A stretch of 64,000 bases of DNA from Minisyncoccota bacterium (GTDB taxonomy: Bacteria; Patescibacteriota; Minisyncoccia; Phycocordibacterales; JACRKE01). Within the stretch, counting starts at the first letter, position 1. Each line of letters starts with the position of its first letter. The stretch lies in NCBI GenBank assembly GCA_041660505.1, contig JBAZWG010000001.1:115979-179978 (forward strand), read 5' to 3'. Shown piece after piece: positions 56,382 through 64,000 of this stretch. The notes under the pieces are model-generated. The model was not told the DNA's origin. It did not search any database and saw only the letters and a program-made list of their open reading frames with translations. A program made the translations under genes and the position numbers.

Positions 56382-57641
56382 ATGATTATTTTAGCTATCG
56401 AAACATCTTGCGATGATACTGCGATAAGCGTGGTTGAGGCCACGGGCGGTATTGACGCGCCTGATTTTAAAATACTTTGCTCTTTGGTATCATCGCAAAC
56501 TGCCTTGCACGCCGAGTGGGGCGGGGTCGTGCCGATGCTTGCCAAACGGGAGCATGAACGAAACCTGCCTCTTTTGTTAATTAGGGCTCTTGAAGAATTT
56601 GGACATGAGATGTCCAAGAATCAGACATCTCATGTCTTAGACCCCGAACTCAAAGCAGAAATAGAGAAGATTCTTGTACGAGAGCCTGATTTACTTAAGT
56701 CGGTTTTCGATTCTGTTGTTCAAATTCAGAGGCCGAAGATAGATGCTATCGCCGTGACTTATGGCCCAGGGCTGGAACCCGCGCTCTGGAGCGGGATAAA
56801 TTTTGCAAAAGTGCTTGGCTTACTCTGGGACGTGCCGGTCATCCCGACAAATCATATGGAGGGACATGTCGTTTCCGCCTTACTGGGCGGAAACGAATTT
56901 TCAAGTTCCAATTTTCAATTTCCAACATTGGCACTGCTTGTCTCTGGGGGCCACACAGAACTCGCGCAAATTAACAACTGGACCGATTATAAAATCCTGG
57001 CACAGACGCGCGATGATGCAGCGGGTGAGGCATTTGATAAAGTCGCGCGTATTTTAGGATTACCCTACCCCGGCGGCCCGGAGATTGCCAAACTTGCGTT
57101 ACAAGGTGTCGCCGATGATGAGGTGAAGCTCCCCCGACCGATGATACATTCGAAAGATTTAGATTTTTCTTTTTCCGGCCTTAAGACTGCAGTGCTGTAT
57201 TTAGTGCAAAAGATTAACCCCTCCCCGACCCTCCCCGAAGGAGAGGGAGAAAACACAGAAACTTCTGGTTTGAGTTCCCCCTCTCCTTCGGGGAGGGGGC
57301 AAGGGGGTGGGGCTGAATTATCTTTGCAAAAAAAAGCGAATATCGCGCGCGAGTTTCAGAATTCTGTCGCAGAGGTACTCGTGCATAAAGTTGATAAGGC
57401 ACTTGGCGCCCAGGGCGCCAAGTCATTCATCATGGGTGGCGGGGTGACAGCCAACGCGCACATCAGATCGGAGATTACGAAAATGCTCGAGTCTAAGTAT
57501 CCTGACATGAGAATTTTCATCCCCGATAAAAAATATACGACCGACAACGCAGCAATGATAGCCGGTGCCGCCTACTTCCGGATCATCACAAAAACCGTGC
57601 CGAAACTGGAAAAAGCTGAAGGCAATTTGAAGTGGGAGTAG
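56382..57641 (+). CDS. tsaD: tRNA N6-adenosine threonylcarbamoyltransferase TsaD, with an in-frame ~96-bp palindromic-element insertion at ~57217-57312
   Basis: ILAIETSCDDTAISVV, HMEGH and SGGVTAN motifs. The insert encodes NPSPTLPEGEGENTETSGLSSPSPSGRGQGGGAELS. Confidence 0.9.
   Translation: MIILAIETSCDDTAISVVEATGGIDAPDFKILCSLVSSQTALHAEWGGVVPMLAKREHERNLPLLLIRALEEFGHEMSKNQTSHVLDPELKAEIEKILVREPDLLKSVFDSVVQIQRPKIDAIAVTYGPGLEPALWSGINFAKVLGLLWDVPVIPTNHMEGHVVSALLGGNEFSSSNFQFPTLALLVSGGHTELAQINNWTDYKILAQTRDDAAGEAFDKVARILGLPYPGGPEIAKLALQGVADDEVKLPRPMIHSKDLDFSFSGLKTAVLYLVQKINPSPTLPEGEGENTETSGLSSPSPSGRGQGGGAELSLQKKANIAREFQNSVAEVLVHKVDKALGAQGAKSFIMGGGVTANAHIRSEITKMLESKYPDMRIFIPDKKYTTDNAAMIAGAAYFRIITKTVPKLEKAEGNLKWE
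57217..57312. repeat. Palindromic element family B, copy 2 (inside tsaD)
   Basis: CCCCTCCCCGACCCTCCCCGAAGGAGAGGGAG...CCCCCTCTCC-TTCG-GGGAGGGGG-CAAGGGGGTGGGG. Same orientation as copy 1. Confidence 0.7.
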
Positions 57642-57663
57642 CCTTCTGATACTATAGGAAGAT

Positions 57664-59889
57664 ATGGATATAAACGACAAATTGCTCAAGCCTTACGACC
57701 CCAAAGAGACCGAGGGACGGATTTATAAAAAATGGGAAGATTCTGGATTTTTTAATCCGGATGTTTGCGTGAAAAAAGGCGTAACCAAGCCCGATGCCGA
57801 AGTATTCAATATAGTTCTCCCCCCGCCGAACGTAACCGGTATATTACACATGGGTAGTGCACTCATGCTCGTTATCGAGGATATTCTTATCCGCCAAGCA
57901 CGTATGGCAGGCAAGCGGACGCTTTGGCTCCCCGGCACAGACTCGGCAGCCATCGCCACGCAGTCAAAAGTCGAGAAAGATATTCAGAAGAAAGAAGGAA
58001 AAAGTCGTTATGACCTTGGACGTGAGGAACTTCTAAAAAGAATTGATGTCTTCGTAGAAGAAAGTAAAACAACAATTCTGGCACAGATGCGCGCAGCAGG
58101 AGCGTCGCTCGATTGGAGTCGGTATGCCTACACAATGGACGAGAAGCGCTACAACGCGGTGATGGAGGCGTTCGTACGCATGTACAACGCCGGACTTATT
58201 TATCGCGGTAATAGAATCGTGATCTGGGACCCAAAGGGTCAAACAACTATTTCCGACGACGAGATAGTGTACAAAGAAGAAAAAACTAAATTTTACTATT
58301 TGAAGTACGGGCCATTTACAATCGGTACCACCCGCCCAGAAACAAAGTTCGGCGATAAGTATGTCGTAATGCATCCGGATGACAAGCGATATAAAGAATA
58401 TGAAGACGGACAAAAAATAGACCTTGAGTGGATTAACGGCCCGATTACCGCGACCATTGTTAAAGACGACAAGATGGACATGGAATTCGGCAGCGGTGTC
58501 ATGACGATTACCCCGGCGCACTCTGTCGTAGACTTCGAGATGGCCGAGCGGCACAAGCTTGATTACGAGCAGATTATTGATCTTAAGGGTATTCTTTTGC
58601 CTGTTGCCGGAGAATTCGCCGGTCAACATATAAAGAAAGCGCGTGAGGCAATTATTGAGAAGCTGCAAAAGAAGGGTCTTGTTGAAAAGATCGATGAAAA
58701 TTATGTTCATAATATTGCCACCGCCGAACGCACAGACGGTATCGTTGAGCCGCAAATAATGTTGCAGTGGTTCATTGATGTTGATAAAAAGTTCAAAATT
58801 CCCTATTCAGAAATCCCTGGTATCGCGACAGGCACAGAAACAACACTCAAAGAAATTATGCGCCGTGCGGTGGACTCCGGCGATGTAAAGATAACACCGA
58901 ATAACTTCGAAAATGTTTACTATAACTGGATAAATAATCTGCGCCCGTGGTGCATTAGCCGGCAAATTTGGTTCGGCCACAGAATACCCGTATGGTATAA
59001 AGGAAGCGAAATCTATTGCGACAAAGAAGCACCAAAAGAATCTGGCCCCTCCTCGTCGGCGGGCAAGTGGGAACAAGATCCGGATGTTTTAGACACATGG
59101 TTTTCTTCGGCACTTTGGACATTCTCAACACTTGGCTGGCCGGATAATACTGTTGATTTGAAAATGTATCACCCGACGTCAGTATTAGAAACGGGTTACG
59201 ACATTATTTTCTTCTGGGTTGCGCGCATGATACTCGCGAGCGGATTCTTGCTCGGCCAAGTACCGTTTAAGAACGTTTATTTACACGGCTTGGTGCGCGA
59301 CGGGCAGGGGCGCAAAATATCGAAGTCTCTTGGCAATAACATCGACCCAATGGAGATGGCGGCCAAGTACGGCATGGACGCGGTGCGCATGTCGCTTATT
59401 GTCGGCACAAGCATGGGTGCCGACAGCAGAATATCGGAAGATAAAATAAAAGCTTATAAACACTTTTCCAATAAGCTCTGGAATATCACGAGATTCGTTA
59501 CCAGTTCCCAAAAAGACGATGATGAGAGAGTGGCGCCGAAGGCCAGTACTCGCGATACAGAAATTCTTGCAGAATTTAACAAACTTATTGCTGAAATCAC
59601 GGCCTGTATGGACCGCGGGCAATTCCATCTTGCGGCCGAAACTCTCTATGCTTACGTCTGGCACACGTTCGCCGATAAAATTATCGAAGAGTCTAAAGAA
59701 ATCTTGGCGGGTGATGCCACAGCAGATGCCGGCGTACGCGAAAGCCGACGGCAATTACTCATGCACATACTCGAAACGTCGCTCAAACTTCTCCACCCGT
59801 TTATGCCCTTTGTGACAGAAGAACTCTGGGGTATAATTGAACCGAATGAGCAGATGCTCATGGTTCAAAAATGGCCGACTCAACGCTAA
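57664..59889 (+). CDS. valS: Valine--tRNA ligase (short form, no C-terminal coiled coil)
   Basis: PPPNVTGILHMGSAL (HIGH-type) and KISKSLGNNIDP (KMSKS). Editing-domain and anticodon-binding regions present. Confidence 0.7.
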   Translation: MDINDKLLKPYDPKETEGRIYKKWEDSGFFNPDVCVKKGVTKPDAEVFNIVLPPPNVTGILHMGSALMLVIEDILIRQARMAGKRTLWLPGTDSAAIATQSKVEKDIQKKEGKSRYDLGREELLKRIDVFVEESKTTILAQMRAAGASLDWSRYAYTMDEKRYNAVMEAFVRMYNAGLIYRGNRIVIWDPKGQTTISDDEIVYKEEKTKFYYLKYGPFTIGTTRPETKFGDKYVVMHPDDKRYKEYEDGQKIDLEWINGPITATIVKDDKMDMEFGSGVMTITPAHSVVDFEMAERHKLDYEQIIDLKGILLPVAGEFAGQHIKKAREAIIEKLQKKGLVEKIDENYVHNIATAERTDGIVEPQIMLQWFIDVDKKFKIPYSEIPGIATGTETTLKEIMRRAVDSGDVKITPNNFENVYYNWINNLRPWCISRQIWFGHRIPVWYKGSEIYCDKEAPKESGPSSSAGKWEQDPDVLDTWFSSALWTFSTLGWPDNTVDLKMYHPTSVLETGYDIIFFWVARMILASGFLLGQVPFKNVYLHGLVRDGQGRKISKSLGNNIDPMEMAAKYGMDAVRMSLIVGTSMGADSRISEDKIKAYKHFSNKLWNITRFVTSSQKDDDERVAPKASTRDTEILAEFNKLIAEITACMDRGQFHLAAETLYAYVWHTFADKIIEESKEILAGDATADAGVRESRRQLLMHILETSLKLLHPFMPFVTEELWGIIEPNEQMLMVQKWPTQR

Positions 59890-60605
59890 ACATTTTTCTC
59901 ATTTCACTTCTTGCCGGCATCTTGCCACCTCTTTTGTGGCTTTTACTCTTTTGGCTTCGTGAAGACAAGGCCCAGCCCGAGCCAAAGAAGACAATCGCGC
60001 TTGTCTTCGTACTCGGAATGCTCTCCATCTTCCCCGCCGAGGTGCTGGCCCAGTTCGTGGCAGACCACCTGCCGGCGGGAACGTTCATTCTTATTGCCAC
60101 GCAAGCATTCGTAGAAGAATTAGTTAAATTCTTTGCCGCTTTCATGGGCGCAATGTGGCACAACAAAGCCTTCGACGAGCCCATTGATGCCATGGTATAT
60201 CTCATCACCGCGGCCATCGGATTCTCGGCACTCGAAAATGCGCTCTTTATGTTCAGCACGGTCAAAGCCGGCGGGATTCTCGTAGGGATTGCATCCAACG
60301 CAATGCGCTTCATTGGCGCAACAATGTTGCACACGCTTTCTTCTGCGACGCTCGGTGCATTCATCGGCTTCGCATTCTATAGAAGCAAATTTATAAAAGA
60401 TAAACGCCTCGTCTTCGGACTTATCCTCGCCACGATGTTGCATACGCTCTACAATGAGCTTATACTAATGAATGTAAATAATTCCGGTTCGCATTATTTG
60501 GCGGTCTTCGGCATGATGTGGGTCGGTATTATCGTCATTCTGTTTTTCTTCGAGAAGATAAAAAGTATTTTTGTAAACAAAAAAGAGATTAACTTGATTA
60601 ACTAA
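59871..60605 (+). CDS. PrsW-family intramembrane protease
   Basis: EELVK (EExxK), FSALENALF (FxxxE) and MLHTLYNE (HxxxN) motifs in a polytopic protein. Confidence 0.65.
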   Translation: MADSTLNIFLISLLAGILPPLLWLLLFWLREDKAQPEPKKTIALVFVLGMLSIFPAEVLAQFVADHLPAGTFILIATQAFVEELVKFFAAFMGAMWHNKAFDEPIDAMVYLITAAIGFSALENALFMFSTVKAGGILVGIASNAMRFIGATMLHTLSSATLGAFIGFAFYRSKFIKDKRLVFGLILATMLHTLYNELILMNVNNSGSHYLAVFGMMWVGIIVILFFFEKIKSIFVNKKEINLIN

Positions 60606-60620
60606 TTTAATAATCAACAG

Positions 60621-61076
60621 ATGACACACAAAAACAAGCGATCATTCTTTGAGAGGCTAACCGGCGCCAAGAAAAATGATTGGGACGATGTAGACAATCG
60701 TCCTCTGACCGAAACGGGCACTTCTGCCGGCGCAGATGATGAGACCGAGGGCCAGCTTGCCGTGGATGTGCATCAAGACGAGAGCGAGATAATAGTTCGC
60801 GCCTTTATTGCCGGGGTAAAGCCCGAGAATCTGGATATTGTCATCACTCGCGAGATGGTTACCGTGAAGGGCAAGCGCGAACGTCCGGAAGAGATCAGCA
60901 ATAAAGATTATTTCATTCAGGAGCTCTATTGGGGCTCATTCGCGCGTACTATTATGCTTCCTCAAGAAATAGATGCTGACGGCGCAGAGGCGGTGGAGCG
61001 CCACGGCCTCCTCACCATCCGCCTGCCCAAGCTAGATAAACACAAGACCAAGAGCGTCCGAGTGAAAAGTATTTAG
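60621..61076 (+). CDS. Hsp20/alpha-crystallin small heat-shock protein
   Basis: Alpha-crystallin domain ...VDVHQDESEIIVRAFIAGVKPENLDIVI...GLLTIRLPK. Confidence 0.85.
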   Translation: MTHKNKRSFFERLTGAKKNDWDDVDNRPLTETGTSAGADDETEGQLAVDVHQDESEIIVRAFIAGVKPENLDIVITREMVTVKGKRERPEEISNKDYFIQELYWGSFARTIMLPQEIDADGAEAVERHGLLTIRLPKLDKHKTKSVRVKSI

Positions 61077-61119
61077 CTCTGGAAAGTTGATATAAGAAAT
61101 GATATACTAGCACCCAATT

Positions 61120-61192
61120 GCTGGGATAGCTCAGTTGGTAGAGCGCTACTCTGAAGAAGTAGATGTCCCCAGTTCGAACCTGGGTCCCAGCA
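61120..61192 (+). tRNA. tRNA-Phe (anticodon GAA)
   Basis: GCTGGGA acceptor pairs with TCCCAGC. Loop CTGAAGA. T-arm CCCAG-TTCGAAC-CTGGG. Confidence 0.85.
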
Positions 61193-61208
61193 CAAATATC
61201 CACGATAA

Positions 61209-61463
61209 TTATCGCCCGAATTGGCCGAGATTGCCTAGCTGGCCGATTTGGCTTTGGACTTGCGAATAAAGCTTGATCGCCTGATTGAGATAAGGCTGGA
61301 CATAGTAATACCCCGCCGCGAGACCGCCGAGTATAAGGACCCAGTACATGATTCTGAACACCATTGACCAACGATTAGACCGGCGCATGGCGTGAAGAAT
61401 CTTATTATTATCCCGCGCAAGCTCGGCTGTCTCTTGAAGCAATTTTTTTTCTTCTGGTGTCAT
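61209..61463 (-). CDS. Small membrane protein (hypothetical)
   Basis: One or two TM helices (VFRIMYWVLILGGLAAGYYY). Start at the internal Met. Confidence 0.35.
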   Translation of the reverse strand: MTPEEKKLLQETAELARDNNKILHAMRRSNRWSMVFRIMYWVLILGGLAAGYYYVQPYLNQAIKLYSQVQSQIGQLGNLGQFGR

Positions 61464-61569
61464 ATTGGTAGTATAGCAAAGTATTAGGAAAAAGTTATCC
61501 ACGCCTGTTTTTAGTCTCTAGATGCATCCAAGGTGTATACTTATAGTACAGAATTAATTAACAAAACGT

Positions 61570-63114
61570 ATGAAGTTTAAAAAGAGTTCACTAATAATTG
61601 CGGGAGTATTTTCTTTAGCAGTTGGTGGTATGGGTGTAAGTGTTGTGCTTGCTGCAACGACCATTAATCTTGGTAGCGCTAATACATACGCGGTGCTTGG
61701 TGGTTCGGCTATTACCAATACGGGCGCCAGTGTTATTAACGGCGACCTGGGTTTGAGCCCGGGTTCTGCGGTCACAGGCATCCCACCGGCGACGTTGAAC
61801 GGCACGCAACATATAGGTGACGCAGGAGCAGTCCAAGCAGAATCAGATCTGACGACGGCGTACAATGCCGCAGCAGGACAATCAACGCTTTCCACTATCT
61901 CCACAGAGCTCGGTGGCTCGACAAAAACCGCCGGTGTCTATGATTCTGCGGCGGGGACCTTTGGTATCACCGGCACGTTGACCCTCGATGCGCAGGGTGA
62001 CCCCAATGCTGTCTTTATATTCAAAACAGCTTCAACGCTAATAACTGCCGGTGCCAGCAACGTGGTGCTCGCTAACGGCGCCCAGGCCTGTAATGTCTTT
62101 TGGCAAGTGGGCAGTTCAGCGACGCTCGGGACAAACTCGACATTCAAAGGCAATATCCTTGCCTTGCAATCTGCGACGTTGACGACCGGGGCGAATGTCG
62201 AAGGTCGCGTGCTCGCACGGAACGGAGCCGTCACTCTGGACTCGAACATGATAACCAAAGCAACTTGTGCGGTTGTGCCACCTGCGGTAGTAATACCACC
62301 ACCTGCCTCTACCCCTGTAGTTGTTGCTCCATTGATGCCGCCGCTTATCAGCGTTAAAAAAGTCCCCTCGCTGGTTGCAACATTACCCGCTGGTGGCGGG
62401 ACTGTTGCCTTCGATTATGCAGTCTCGAATGTCGGCACAGTCGCCATGAGCAACATCACGATCAACGACGATAAGTGTTCCCCTGTAACGTTCATTTCGG
62501 GCGATACGAACGGAGATTTAAAATTGGACGTAACAGAAACATGGAACTATCGTTGTACCCAGAACATCACGCAGACCACGACCAACAGCGTCGTCGTGAC
62601 CGGCCAAGCGAACGGCTTCACCGCCACCGACAGTGCGAATGCGATCGTCAACGTTGGCGTTGCAACACAGGCGCCTTTAATCCATCTTATAAAAACGCCT
62701 AATCTATTTGTACTGCCAAGGAGTGGGCCGGTGACATACACCTATACGGTAACTAACCCCGGCACAGTTCCTCTAAATAATGTAAGTGTGGTTGATGATA
62801 AGTGTAGCCCGGTCTCCGGCTATACTGGTGACGTTAATAACGACAATTTGCTTGATCTGTCGGAAACCTGGGCATATTCCTGCCAGATGAATTTAACGTC
62901 CAACACAGTAAACACCGCGACGGCAGAAGGTAGCGCCAGTGGTCTCACCGCGATCGATTACGCACTTGCAACAGTCCTCGTCACTCCCCCTACGTTGCCA
63001 AAATCAGGATTTGGACCAGACTATACCACCGCTTCAGAAAGCTTATTCATTACGGCCGGAGTTTTTGCGACAATACTAACCCTCTTTGCAATTCGAAAGA
63101 AGCAAGTTATTTGA
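61570..63114 (+). CDS. DUF3494 (ice-binding-like fold) surface protein with two DUF11/CARDB-like repeats and a C-terminal LPKSG sorting signal
   Basis: Signal peptide. [38 protein letters not shown] (DUF3494 hallmark). Two ~70-aa DDKCSPV...GD.N.D..LD..ETW.Y.C repeats. LPKSG plus hydrophobic stretch plus RKKQ tail. Confidence 0.6.
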   Translation: [514 protein letters not shown]

Positions 63115-63117
63115 TTC

Positions 63118-63720
63118 ATGCTACGATGGAAGCTTTTTAGAGCGGGGATGCTGGGAATCGCCGGTGTCTTTATAACTATTCTCTGCGTAGATATAAGTCT
63201 AATCGTACAAACCACCGACGCTAAGATGGTTGCGTCGGTCAGTGTTCTGCCTGCAATACCCGCAGAACAGCCAGATACCGGGATTCCAGTTCGTCTACAG
63301 ATTCCTGCGATACATATTGATGCGCCTATTATAAGTGTAGGATTAAGTTCCGATGGAACAATGGAGATGCCGAAGGGTCCCACTGATGCAGCATGGTTTG
63401 ATATTGGTCCGCGTCCGGGAGAGAAAGGCAGCGCAGTAATCTCGGGGCATTATGGGTGGAAGGACGGCGTAGCCGCCTTATTTGACAATTTACACATGCT
63501 TAAGAAGGGGGATGTCATATACGTCGAAAACGAACAAGGGGTGACTAACAATTTTATCGTCCGCGAACTCCGAACCTACGGCGAAAATGATGATTCTTCA
63601 GACGTGTTCGGTTCAAATGATACAAAGGCTCATCTGAATCTCATAACCTGCGAAGGAACATGGAACAAGGCGAAGAAAAGTTATTCCGACCGTCTAATCG
63701 TCTTTACCGACAAAAAATAG
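63118..63720 (+). CDS. Sortase (class E/F-like transpeptidase)
   Basis: N-terminal TM. His region (ISGHYGWK), TLITC catalytic Cys motif (NLITCEG) and conserved Arg. Immediately downstream of the LPKSG substrate. Confidence 0.7.
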   Translation: MLRWKLFRAGMLGIAGVFITILCVDISLIVQTTDAKMVASVSVLPAIPAEQPDTGIPVRLQIPAIHIDAPIISVGLSSDGTMEMPKGPTDAAWFDIGPRPGEKGSAVISGHYGWKDGVAALFDNLHMLKKGDVIYVENEQGVTNNFIVRELRTYGENDDSSDVFGSNDTKAHLNLITCEGTWNKAKKSYSDRLIVFTDKK

Positions 63721-63792
63721 TGCCCCCGGGTGGAATTGAACCATCAACTACCCCTTAGGACGGGGCTGTTATATCCGTTTAACTACGGGGGC
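63721..63792 (-). tRNA. tRNA-Arg (anticodon CCT)
   Basis: Reverse complement gives GCCCCCG...CGGGGGC acceptor, anticodon stem GCCCC/GGGGT with loop GTCCTAA. One A.C mismatch in the T-stem. Confidence 0.7.
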
Positions 63793-64000
63793 TCGCAAGC
63801 CCTACTATAGCATCTCTCGAGTCTTCGGGCGAGACTTTGTTCGGACGTTCATGAGCACACTTTTTGCAGCGTAATACGATACGTTCTTCGCCTACGAGAT
63901 TCTCGTACCCTATCGGTTCCATCATACCGCCGCAATCTGATGCGCGATCGCCCGGGTCTATGTCTACATGCTTGCTCCAGAGACATTTGGAGCAGTGATT
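63781..64000 (-). CDS. C-terminal fragment of a protein ending in a Cys-rich zinc-ribbon (gene continues beyond the window end)
   Basis: Open minus-strand frame ...NHCSKCLWSKHVDIDPGDRASDCGGMMEPIGYENLVGEERIVLRCKKCAHERPNKV.... Identity unknown. The frame appears to run about 12 nt into the tRNA. Confidence 0.25.

Noticed and set aside
61495-61502. DnaA-box-like TTATCCAC near the small membrane gene
   Set aside because: Single isolated occurrence with no cluster of boxes or AT-rich unwinding element. Insufficient for an origin call, even with parB in the window.

Overview
Mostly + and - strand housekeeping genes of a small-genome, CPR/Patescibacteria-like bacterium: ParB, MiaA, XseAB, bL33, ClpB, cysteine desulfurase, IF-2, RbfA, ArgRS, BipA, GyrA, S1, Pth, LepB, HisRS, S21, YbeY, FtsA, FtsZ, CspA, DEAD-box helicase, GalE-like epimerase, MurJ, TsaD, ValRS, Hsp20 and others. 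There are about 13 tRNA genes, including a five-tRNA minus-strand cluster that contains a GIY-YIG gene. Superimposed on this backbone are several things I consider unusual. (1) An IS200/RAYT-type Y1 (HUH) transposase gene (19409..20089) is flanked on both sides by a short palindromic hairpin repeat (GGGGTAAGG-TTTCG-CCTTACCCC). The same repeat has at least five copies in 15.7-20.1 kb, two of them inserted in-frame inside coding genes (argS and a large hypothetical ORF). This is a REP-RAYT arrangement with Rickettsia-RPE-like in-frame insertions. (2) A second palindromic element (~84-96 bp, CCCCTCTCC-TTCG-GGAGAGGGG core) is inserted in-frame in tsaD and in an RlmI-like methyltransferase. (3) At least two further short-repeat families occur, plus a 13-bp palindrome GAGGTT(C/G)AACCTC present 8 times, usually as hairpin arms. 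(4) Seven paralogous small two-TM TrbC/VirB2-pilin-like genes sit in tandem (22.0-24.7 kb). (5) By eye there are several GC-rich islands (27.7-28.2, 35.0-35.6, 42.8-47.0, 55.7-56.3 kb). The largest carries secreted/lipoprotein genes, a divergent promoter with twin TTGACA-N3-TGTCAA palindromes, and a 19-bp perfect palindrome at its border. (6) A ~640-codon ORF next to the transposase is interrupted by a single in-frame TAG. (7) Other features include a MazEF-like TA pair, two SPFH proteins, a Cys-rich tandem-repeat secreted protein, and a sortase with an LPKSG substrate. All coordinates are hand-counted and may be off by 1-2 nt.
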